Program-made: the position numbers and the translations under genes
Assembly (NCBI RefSeq): GCF_947568905.1
Contig: NC_079172.1
Coordinates: 34,720,001 to 34,784,000 of the forward strand
DNA: 64,000 nucleotides
Reading direction: 5' to 3'
DNA from: Ostrea edulis
Lineage: Eukaryota
The notes under the pieces: model-generated
What the model was told of the DNA's origin: nothing
Databases searched by the model: none
What the model saw: only the letters and a program-made list of their open reading frames with translations
Part shown: one piece after another, positions 50,371-61,235 of the stretch
Layout: every line of letters starts with the position of its first letter
Position numbering within the stretch: position 1 is the stretch's first letter

Positions 50371-50823
50371 GTCCCTGCAGTATCCTTTCATGTCAGATTA
50401 ACATGGGCTATAAATTAACTTGATCTGTCGGCTAAATTGATGCATTTTATCAACCATCAGATTCAGCGAGTCATCGTTTCAGAGTAATCACAATGATCTG
50501 AAAGGGTTCTACTCCATAGTAATAAATGCCTTCAAATAGACAGCCTGAGTAAAACATCGACAATTAAAGTTCTGGGAAATTCCCGTGATTCACTACATTG
50601 GATTATATTGTTTTTTATTGTTGAAAGAATTCTGTTTTCGTTTGAAACAGATATTTGTACTAAATGTTTACTGTAAAAGAATTAATGGTCGAACTCAGCA
50701 TCTCGGTCGCCAGGAACTAAATTATGTCAATTACTGAGCTTTTATTTAATCTGATGTAAACTCAAAGATATTCTCAAATCAATATGAATGGTTTAATCCA
50801 TCTAATAGATACATATTTACAGA

Positions 50824-52100
50824 CTCCAATGTGAACACCACACAGTAACACATTCCAATGTGAACACCACACATAGTTACACATTCCAATGTGAACATCA
50901 CACATAGTTACACTTTACAATGTGAACACCACACATAGTTATACATTCAAATATGAACAACACATACACATTCCAATGTGAACACCACACATTTATACAT
51001 TCCAATGTGAACACCACAAATAGTTACACATTCCAATGTGAACACCACAAATAGTTACACATTCCAATGTGAACAACACACATAGTTACACATTCCAATG
51101 TGAACATCATACATAGTTAATACACATTCCAATGTGAACACCACAAATAGTTACACATTCAAATGTGAACAACACACAATTACACATTCCAATGAACACC
51201 ATACATAGTTACACATTCCAATGTGAACACCATACATAGTTACACATTCCAATGTATACAACACACATAGTTACACATTCCAATGTGAACAACACACATA
51301 GTTACACATTCCAATGTATACAACACACATAGTTACACATTCCAATGTGAACAACACACATAGTTACACATTCCAATGTATACAACACACATAGTTACAC
51401 ATTCCAATGTGAACAACACACATAGTTACACATTCCAATGTGAACACCATACATAGTTACACATTCCAATGTGAACACCACAAATAGTTACACATTCCAA
51501 TATGAACATCATACATAGTTAATACACATTCCAATGTGAACACCAAAATAGTTACACATTCCAATGTGAATATCATACATAGTTACACATTCCAATGTGA
51601 ACACCACACATAGTTACACATTGCAATGTGAACATCATACATAGTTACACATTCCAATGAACACCATACATAGTTACACATTCCAATGTGAACATCATAC
51701 ATAGTTACACATTCCAATGTGAACACCACAAATAGTTACATATTCCAATGTGAACAACACACAATTACACATTCCAATGAACACCATACATAGTTACACA
51801 TTCCAATGTGAACATCATACATAGTTACACATTCCAATGAACACCATACATAGTTACACATTCCAATGTGAACATCATACATAGTTACACATTCCAATGT
51901 GAACACCCCAAATAGTTACATATTCCAATTTGAACAACACACAATTACACATTCCAATGAACACCATACATAGTTACACATTCCAATGTGAACATCATAC
52001 ATAGTTACACATTCCAATGTGAACAACACACAATTACACATTCCAATGTGAACACCATACATAGTTACACATTCCAATGTGAACAATACACATGTTAACA
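50824..52100. repeat. 31-bp minisatellite (~40 copies) just 3' of the TAF9 stop codon
   Basis: Unit GTTACACATTCCAATGTGAACACCACACATA. Confidence 0.97.
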
Positions 52101-52308
52101 CACACCTGTTAACATCATTAAGCTGAGCTCTTTTCCAGCTGGCCATGTACATACATGTCATTGTCAGCACGATTCCATCAAATACAGAACTATCATAACA
52201 TAATGTTCACCATTCTGCAGCTCTCCAGTCAAATGAGGCTAAAATGGACAGTACATTCCAAGTCAAATGTAACTCTTCATTCAATAAAGGTTAAAAAGCA
52301 CATAATCC

Positions 52309-52505
52309 TCAGGACGGATTATCGTAGTCATCATCCTGCATTTTCCGCTTCAGTGGGTTTAATGATTGACCGGCAATGAGGGACATCGTGGTGCTCTGTA
52401 ATGGCTGGAATTGTATAGAAGACTGAGGGGCAGACTGATGGCTACTAGGCACCGGGATGCTGTGTTGAAATGTACGCACCTGGTTTAAGGAGTTTAAGGC
52501 CGGGC
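52309..52505 (-). CDS. TAF9: TAF9 exon 6 (stop)
   Basis: TTTTTAG| GPALNSL...NPLKRKMQDDDYDNPS*; the LKRK + DDDYD tail resembles the TAF9 C-terminus; phase matches exon 5. Confidence 0.85.
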
Positions 52506-53457
52506 CTAAAAATACACATCGAAATCCGGGATTCATTTAAGAAATGAACATCACTTTTGAGCTGTTCATGGTCAGTATGAACGGATTTGGATTTGAGGCA
52601 AATTCTATGAATCGCACTAGCAATTCACAGAGAATTTGCCTCAAATCCAAGTTCGTTCATATTGACCATAAACAGCTCAAAAGTGATGTTCATTTCTTAT
52701 ATTCATATTCATTTACTAAAACACCGTTTGTTTACATTGCTTCTATTTTGTTGCATAAAACGAACTCCTAGCCTCTGTCACAGTAGTTATTGTGACGTAC
52801 GTCAACAAATAGACATGACTTCACATTTCGTCTCACCCTGCCTTTTATCAACATTGCAAGGTGCACTGTATTTTAGAGATAGGAGATCACAAGATTGGGA
52901 TGATAATCCACGTAAGTTTACAATCTTAATCCAAAGGTGTGACTTGCGAGATCTTTGTAACAGATGTTCTATTTTTTTATCAAATCATTACGCTCTCTCA
53001 GTCGCGTGCTTTAAGCTAGTTCATAATCCGTTCATAGTCAATGTGAACGGATTGTGTCGTGCGCTGAAATTGGTTGGTTCATAGAGGAAAATGCGATTTG
53101 TAATATAAATATCTATACACAAAATATTTATGCGATTTTCTTGAAGAGAACATTGAATATAAAAAAGAAGTTTTGTTTCATTTTTTTTTTTATATCTGTA
53201 TTTTTCATTTATCAACATGTAGTTGCAGAACTGTAGCTCACTAGTTCATTCTTTATTTTGAACCATGGACTTCAAGTCAACAGATTTGCTGTTATATGTA
53301 GGTAAAAAGTTACACAGCATCGTCTACTGAATTCTCTCCAGGGTTTCCATTATTTTTGTTGAAAATTGGTGTTCTCACACATGTAATGCTACAGCCAGAA
53401 AATGCCAAATCTGACTTTGTTGATCTTAAAGCTGTCTTGCTGAACAGAGTCACTCAC

Positions 53458-53592
53458 CTGTGGAGATTCGGATGGCTGGTTTGGTCATTGTAGGGTGATG
53501 GCCAGAGGGCTTGGTTACTATGGTAACAGCAGGAACAGTCATGCCTGGTTTAGTGACCACAGTGAGATGTGGACCTCCAGCACCGAGTTTAC
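53458..53592 (-). CDS. TAF9: TAF9 exon 5
   Basis: CATTTCAG| GKLGAGGPHLTVVTKPGMTVPAVTIVTKPSGHHPTMTKPAIRIST |GTGAGT; 135 nt, phase 1-1. Confidence 0.82.
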
Positions 53593-53958
53593 CTGAAATG
53601 ATAAAATTCCCTCTTACTGTGTCAAGGGTGATAACTCTGACAGAAATCAACACTGCAGTAAACCTAAAATAATAAATTCCCCCTCAATGCTATCCTTAAC
53701 ATAAATGAGGATTAATTCATAACTGAGAATTTAGATACATTGCAAAACTGTAAACAATAACAACAAAATATACATGGTATAACTCCGGTAACAAAAGCAA
53801 ATGGAAGACTTTTACTTGGAACATTTAATTCAATGCAAAACTGTGTCCACAACACTCTTCTCGTTGTTTTATATAATCTAGCATTGTAGAGCTCTTTTAC
53901 TTTGAAAAGAACAGGATACAGTCATCAATTAAAACTCAGATTAGCTCAACACCAATGC

Positions 53959-54066
53959 CAATCTAATTAAAATTGGATCCTATGATTCGCTCCCCTACTG
54001 CTACACATAGGATCCTATGTGTAACGATAGGTGAACATATTATAGGATCTAATTTTAAGTAGATTG
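53959..54066. mobile_element. 108-bp palindromic mini-MITE in TAF9 intron 4
   Basis: Arms CAATCTAATTAAAATTGGATCCTAT / ATAGGATCTAATTTTAAGTAGATTG around a perfect 22-bp palindrome TACACATAGGATCCTATGTGTA (54002-54023). Confidence 0.75.
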
Positions 54067-54337
54067 CACCATTATGGAATTCTATTGAGTTTCCAGTGGA
54101 CTACATTTTCTATTGAACTGATATCAGTCTAAAATTGATATTTGCTGTTGTGCCTGCACAATCAATACATAAAATGTTTCTTTTCATCAGCCAAACTATG
54201 GATTATTTAACTTTTATTTGATTTTTCTGTACGATGCAAATGTTTCTGTAAGTATGATATGGAGAAGGTCAATAAAATGTTATATACTTCTGGTGAGTAC
54301 AATTTGAAGGCGATACAGATTTAAGAGATGTACCCAC

Positions 54338-54413
54338 CAGGTGTCATTGACATCTGACTCAGGTTGATTCTCTGCTGGAACTGTGGTATTCCAATCTGTA
54401 TCCTAGCCTGGTG
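54338..54413 (-). CDS. TAF9: TAF9 exon 4
   Basis: TTTTCAG| [26 protein letters not shown]|GTGGGT; 76 nt; phase fits exons 3 and 5. Confidence 0.75.
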
Positions 54414-54524
54414 CTGAAAATCATCATTATCATCATTACAGGACGGTTCATTACGAGTTAAGACAACGGTCATGAATACAAATGAATAGAACTCATACTC
54501 AAGCAAAAGTGTTGTAAAGTTCAC

Positions 54525-54665
54525 CTTTTTGACTGCCTTGTGAGTGGTCATTTTGTAGTTAGGGGCAGACAAACAGTACCTGTCTGGGGGCAGACGCAGA
54601 CCTGTGTACGGTTTAATCAGTGGAAGAACCTGGCTATTTTTGTGCTTGGAGATCTCCATTAGGAG
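54525..54665 (-). CDS. TAF9: TAF9 exon 3
   Basis: [38 protein letters not shown], the conserved TAF9 C-box; 141 nt. Confidence 0.92.
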
Positions 54666-54924
54666 CTGTAAAGTCCAAAGTATACTGCATTAATGACAAA
54701 TGTATGAAGACCTGATAAAGTTCAATCAATTAAATTTTATTATGATATATTTGGATTTTAATCTTCACAAACAACAAGGGAATCAATATTTGATTAAAGG
54801 TCAAACACTACCACATTAGTCAAATTGTCATTGCTGTTGCAGGTTTCTTTACCTTAATTTTACACTTTTACAATCCTATTCTACAGAAGCTATGATAGAA
54901 TTAAAAATTATTAATGATATAAAT

Positions 54925-55362
54925 CAGCAGGTTTTTTTCTATCCACTGGTAGTGGTACCCATTCAATTGGGAAAAATAGCATCAAAATCGAACAAATTGA
55001 GAATTTTCTACCAATGTATTAGCAAATGATTTCAACTAAAAGGGGGGAAAAAAGAACAAAACAATTTTACGGAAATATTTGCGGTTCTGATACATCAGGA
55101 ATTTTCGTAGACTCATTCTAGAATTGTCATAGCTCTACAACACGCACACTACCATGATCTGTACTTTTGATTAAATACTGGAAGTGAACATTTTAGTTAA
55201 CTCGTACAACATTTCAGACTAAGTAAATTACGATGTCAGCAATCTATTTTTCAGCAAGTGAATTGGAAATTTTTAGTCTCAAAATTGGTAAAAATCAACG
55301 TTTTTTGGCATTGGGAAAGGTACCGTTCATCGGTACCAGTTATATAAGGGGAAAAAATGCTG
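54925..55362. mobile_element. Non-autonomous DNA transposon (CAG termini, 5-bp TSD TAAAT)
   Basis: CAGCAGGTTTTTTTC vs reverse complement CAGCATTTTTTCCCC; TAAAT at 54920-54924 and 55363-55367. Confidence 0.65.
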
Positions 55363-55630
55363 TAAATGCTTCCCGAATAAGAATATACACATGACTAGAG
55401 TATTAAAAAAACAAATGTTCCTCCGCGCAATATTGTACAAGTATACATGCTACATGTGCAAATATAATCATTAAAGTCCTATCTATCTAATACACTTAAA
55501 AAACGGAAATCACTATAAGCAGAGCACCGTAACAACAGTACTTAGAAATGTTTCCAATGATCAGAATCTCAAATGCACATAGACTGATAAAATATGTATA
55601 TATATATATATCTTTGGTAAACATTCTTAC

Positions 55631-55767
55631 GTCTCTGGGCGGTGGACTTGTGTAGGAGTGGTCCATACGGCACTGTACAGCCAGTTTGATGTCCTCTGCA
55701 TCCAATGACTTCTTGTTAGCATGATTAGAATAGACTTTAGCATCTTCCAAGACATCAGTTACATAAC
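55631..55767 (-). CDS. TAF9: TAF9 exon 2 (histone fold)
   Basis: [46 protein letters not shown]; 137 nt. Confidence 0.95.
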
Positions 55768-56019
55768 CTATCAAAGATATTACAAACATCTTTTGAAGAC
55801 TTTGAGTAAATGGAATACCATTTGCAAACAAGAATGCAATCAATGTTCTAGGGATTAGTAGCTGTAGCCCTCTATATATCATGGCTAGGTCAACAAATGA
55901 AATCATTTGAAGCTGTAAATTTTCGGGTCACATAGGACTTTAATGAACGTTTAATGCACAGGGGCTTCTTATCCATTTGTTTCAATCTATATATAAAATC
56001 TAACAATAGATGACACGAA

Positions 56020-56299
56020 AATAGGATACCGGTTGTAAACAAAGCTCAAAATCACCTTAGTTCCAAGAAACAGATCGAATCTTCCTATCCAAAGGGCGTT
56101 AAACATCTCCTACTACAAGTCCAATCCTTTCATATTTAATTTAATGAGTTTTATAAATGAAAATAATTCAAGCTGTCTGCATTGTCGTCGATCACGTACA
56201 GGAAAAGAGTAGATGTTTAACGCCCTTTGGATAGGAAGATTCGATCTGTTTCTTGGAACTAAGGTGGTTTTGAGCTTTGATAACAACCGGAATCCTATT
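56020..56299. mobile_element. Foldback MITE with ~88-bp TIRs in TAF9 intron 1
   Basis: 56021-56108 is the reverse complement of 56211-56298 with 4 mismatches; ~100-bp spacer. Confidence 0.85.
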
Positions 56300-56541
56300 A
56301 TCAGAGTATGCGAAATACGTCGGACATTTACAGTAAAATATGGATCGGTCCGGTTAAAGTTTGTATAGTTCCTGACCAAATGTCCGGTATTGTGTTTCTG
56401 TTTTGTTTATAGTATTAAACATGTTAAACTATGTCAGCTTTTTTCAAATAAATGTGTATATGCAAGGTAATTAGGTAAATCAGGGTAGATATATGAATTT
56501 CAGTCGATAAAAATTTTTCAATCTTCGAAATATTGATAACC

Positions 56542-59500
56542 GGGGTGCGTCTTTTTACCACAAGGAACCACAAGGATACCACAAGGATACATCATTGACA
56601 TCCCATTCAATCTAAATGAATCTAGATATGGCTTATATGCATTTTTAGGTCATCTGAGTCACTCAGGTGACCTATTTCTATCTGTTTTGTCCAGCGTTGT
56701 GTCTTAAGTTTGTGTCATAATTTTTTTAACTTTTAACTTTCTCAACTTTTTCTCCAGAACTGCTTAATCAACACAAAAATTGTGAATTTCAGGATCTCTG
56801 TCTCCTGGGGCCTGAGGGGTGGGAGTTCAAAAGAAATTGAAGTAAACTTTGAAAATCTTTTCCCATACTCCTGGAAATCAAACAGTAAAGAGCTTTCCAT
56901 CGAAGTTATGAAATTTATGGCCTAAGGATCAGGGTTTCTGGAGTTAGGGACTGGGACTCTATTGACCATATAGTGAAAGTGCATAAATTCTTTAAAAACC
57001 TGCTCTCCTTCATTAAATTTAGCAGATGAACAAAGTGCATGATTATGATGAGCAAGGGTGCTTCTTCCAAAATTGTGATATTCATGGTCCAAACCCCTTG
57101 GGTCAGGGGTTCTGAAGTTAGGGTGGGGCTCCATTAATATATTGAAAATGCATTAATTCTTTAAAAGTATTCTCTGCTCCTTGGTATTTATCCGACAAAC
57201 TTAGTGTTATATTATGATGAGCAAAGGAGCCTCTTTCTAAATTGTGAAGTTCGTGGCCCCTGGGTCAGGAGTTCCAAAGAAGGGTGGGGCTCTATTAATT
57301 CTTTACTCTGCCTTAAGAGTTTTACCTCTTTGTCATTCATTATGATGATCAATCAATGTGATAATGTCAATGATAGATAAATTAGATTAAAGAATTATAC
57401 TGGGTTGTTGCTGATTATAACTGCATTAAGTACTTTGTTGCTCCCTGATCATCTTCCTCTTGTTTTTTTTTTTAGCAATATATCTTCATCAATCACTTTA
57501 TTTTGTTTTATTATATAATTATTAGATTGGCCCTTCCGTAGCTTCTTTACAGGATTGATTTATACTTAGGTGACAGTTGGGCCTCTTGTGTTATGTAAGA
57601 GTAAATTAACCTGAAATAAAGTAATTCAAATGAGAATATATAAAAGTATCCTAAACTTGTATAAGCTCATACATCTTTGAAAACAGATTAGAACTGTAAT
57701 AAATATTTTCAACTGTGAAAAAAATTAAATTAAATATATGTTAATTGTGTATTCCAATACACAAACAAAAGATACCCTCAATAACCCAAAGGACATCCCT
57801 TAGTAATCAACTGGAGATAAATGATATGGAAGCATTCATATTATGCATTTAAATCTTTGTGATGAAAAAGTCAAATAATATCTTGGAAAGAGTAGAAACA
57901 ATTAAGATAAATATTTAACTATTATTTCAAAAGGTACAGTATGCCTGAAGATTCCTTAAAAGATTACTTTAAAAAATTGCAGATGATGTTATACATACCA
58001 GTTCATACTACCATTTTGGTTATTTTTTTTTAAAAGAAAAAGGTTAATATTTCATCAATTACAATAAACAAAAGAAGAAGAAAAAAAATGAGAGTAAACT
58101 GTATATGTAGTATGAAATTTCAATCAATGTTGTTAAAAATTACAATTTTTTTAGGTTATTATTTTTTTCCAGTTCATAATACTTGTAATTTCTTAATTCA
58201 TCTAAATCTCATGTATTATTTTCAACTTTAAATCAGTACAAATTTTTTGATGTTGTGCAGTAGTTAAAAAGAAAATGCCTAAGTGAAAATTTTTTAGTTC
58301 GATAAAATGTGTTGAAAGCTCAAACTTTATTTATTATGGTTCATATATGAAAAAAACCCTCCTTAACATTTAAAATGGTATGAGAAAAAATAAACAGGTT
58401 TTATAAAAGAAAAAAGGGAGGTGAAAAAACCTTTTAATTGTGCTTTATTATTGCAACAGAGGCAAAATTCTGGCATAGTTTAAGAAAATACCCTGTTTAA
58501 GAGCTACCCCTCTGACATTTACAAGGGTTGTCTACCTCCAATACACAGGGAGTAGTAGATGTCATATTGAAATTGAAGGTTAAGTTTGTCTAACATAAAA
58601 GTATCAAGGAACTCTCAGAAAAATTGTGTTACAAACTGACAGTTTGCATAGAAAGTCACATCTTTGTTCGATAAATATAATCTTAGCCAATTATTTATTA
58701 CATTAATTCATATCCCAGATGTAAAATATGAAAAAAAAACTATATCAATTTAAAAAGCAGTTTCCAGATAAGTGCTATTTAAATAAACTATTGTACCTCT
58801 TACTATCCCACTAGTACTGTTACAAAAAGTTCAAATTATTCATGATAGATTTGCTATTAATTTATTTAACATAATGATTTCAGAATGCTGTCATCATTTG
58901 TTTTGCAAATTAGGTTACACTGCTACATTTGCTATATTGTATCCAAATATCGGACCAAATTATTATGTTAGGGATTAAAAATTAATATCTTTCATCAAAA
59001 GTTGACAAATAGAAAATATCTCTTTATTATTAGGTATGAAATGACATTTTTAAATGGTCATTGGCACACCGTCACTGAATCTGGGCAATAAGTACCTTTA
59101 CAATTTAAAAAGGGTATGGGGGGGGGGGGGGGGGGGGGGGGCACTAGCCCTTAAGCAAACAGTTTAATTTAAAGTTTGTTTCTTCGGTTAAAATGTAAGT
59201 CTGAATGTAGGAAATAACTTATAATAGTTAATTTTTTATAGTCCATTGAATGATAGAAATAATTCTAATCTAATATGCTATAATTTGGATCTATGTATTG
59301 GCTTCTATATGTATTGACAAGATATGGGAAATGGAGGAAATTCGGGTTAAAATTATGATCATAGCAATGTGGTGTTAGGAATGAATTAATCATGCAACAC
59401 TTCTAAATTGGTTAAATTAAAGGAATCTGTGGATGCTTAGATCATTTGAAACCTCCACTAATCTTTTGAACTTAATTTATAATACATGTGGTCCTGAATC

Positions 59501-59870
59501 CAGAAGTTTTTCACCTACAGGATCCCCCATTTCACTGTTAAATGAACAATATGGTCCAGTGACTCTCACATACACTGCATGAAGATACTTTACATACACT
59601 GCAGTATCAATAGGATACTTTGGTGTGTCATTAGGTCACATTAGGATGTCATTTGGGGTGTTAATAGGGTTCCTTGTGGTACCATGTGGTGTTAATGGAG
59701 TTACTTGGGGTGTCAATAAGGTTGTAAGGGGTGCCTTGGGTGTCATTAGGGTTCCATGGGGTATCTTAAGGTGACACTGGTGTCCCTTGAGGTACCCTGT
59801 GGTATCCTTGTGGTTCCTTGTGGTATCCGTGTGGTTCCTTGTGGTACCTTGTGGTAAAAAGACGTTCCGC
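56542..59870. mobile_element. Candidate 3.3-kb TIR element with 10-bp subterminal repeats, family unassigned
   Basis: CGTCTTTTTACCACAAGG(A/T)ACCACAAGGA at 56548 and inverted, ending 59864; ACCACAAGG(A/T) repeated at both ends; no clear TSD or transposase. Confidence 0.55.
56642..57589. mobile_element. Helentron-type non-autonomous element inserted in the TIR element
   Basis: 5' TTTTTAGGTCATCTGAGTCACTCAGGTGACCTA, ~170-bp core repeats (AAATTGTGA...GGCCCCTGGGTCAGGGGTTC), 3' AGGTGACAGTTGGGCCTCTTG. Confidence 0.7.
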
Positions 59871-60680
59871 TTTCAACCGTGTTTAGTAAAATTGGGCTAC
59901 CAAGTATGATTGACGCGAAGGCCCTGTAAGCCAGTACTATATTTCCGGTGGGGATTATGATCCTACTAAAATATAAAGAATGTGCAATTCCTGATAGAAA
60001 ATCATCGAAACAGCCCATTCTTACAGAGAAAGTTGCCGCTAAGAAGTGTGAGGAAACAAAGCAACAAAGAAAATGTTAGCTTGCTTGGCAGGAGAACCGG
60101 CCCTGATTGGAATACAATGATGGTCTCATATTTTGCATCTGGTGCAGAAAGCAAAACACTGCAAATTGTAAGTTCGTATCTGGCTCTGATAATTATACAA
60201 TTGATTCTGTAAAAGGACACGAAAATAATAAATGGTGTAAACACTTTGCACCAAAGTAATAACTACAAGACATTCAGAGTATGGGACTTGAGCTAGTGAA
60301 TAACCCTTGTTTTTACCTTTGCTAGGAGGAGAGTGATTATGAAGAACTAGAAGAATCAGAATTGGAGGATTCTGAAGATACTGACTGTGAAATGACAGAA
60401 TTAGAAGATGAAAGAAAGCTGAACTTGTATTTAATTGTTATAAGATGTTTAAACTTGAAATTTCGAACCATGTTGAATCATTCCTTCACAGCATTTGGGC
60501 AAGTAAAATCTTATTTGGGCGACCAAATTTTGTACTCTCACTTGCCCTATAGGCTTGTAGTCAGAAACGTTAAGCGCAGACTGAATTTTGCACATTGGAA
60601 AATTTGGTCTGGTAAAATTAAAAATCATTCGCACACACTGGGTTATAATTTGCGTAATTCTACATTTTTAACAATCTTAC

Positions 60681-60801
60681 GGTATACGAACTCCAACATG
60701 ACATTTACAACTCTTGGTTCATATTCTGTAACGCCCATTTCTTTTAGAATTGCTGCCATAACTTGTGCATCTCGCGGAGAACTTTTTGCAGGCGACGCCA
60801 T
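60681..60801 (-). CDS. TAF9: TAF9 exon 1
   Basis: [41 protein letters not shown]|GTAAGA; 121 nt; joined CDS is 807 nt = 268 aa. Confidence 0.95.
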
Positions 60802-61235
60802 TTTTGTTGACTCGGAACAGTTTGGAGAATATCGATCCCGATGAAAAAATGGCTCTATTCATTTTAAAAGGGTTTTTCACAATCATTCCATCTTTACTTT
60901 GATTTGATATATGATATGAATAATAAAACCTGTGAAGAGGACTCGATCGTGTAAATGTTCTGATTTATTCAGAGAAAAAAATATTTATGAAAATTGGAAC
61001 GAATATTTTCTAAATCTACATTTAAAATCTTCAAGAAACAATATGTCATTTCCAGGGGAAAAATATATTAGGCAGATATATTTTGAAATGAAATGACAAA
61101 ATTTCGTAAGCTATTTTATAGATATTGAACTTTTAAAGGACTTTTCATCCATATACATATCCGTTTCCATTATAAGTTTTTTTGATTTGTAAACCAATTT
61201 ACACCAAGGGAATATATAGTGCTCTCTGTGACGAA

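Noticed and set aside
54331-54334. Alternative TAF9 exon-4 donor GG|GTACAT
   Set aside because: Gives phase 2, incompatible with the phase-1 acceptor of exon 5; G|GTGGGT fits
44642-60801. Norrin-TAF9 linkage, given that human NDP and TAF9B are both on X
   Set aside because: From memory they lie on different X arms with different evolutionary origins; no evidence of conserved microsynteny
60440-60844. Remainder of the 160-aa plus-strand ORF 60362-60844
   Set aside because: Beyond the acidic stretch it is AT-rich intron and the antisense of TAF9 exon 1; no protein-like signal
52309-61200. AK6 sharing the TAF9 locus, as in mammals
   Set aside because: No adenylate kinase P-loop (GTPGxGKT-type) exon recognised on either strand near TAF9
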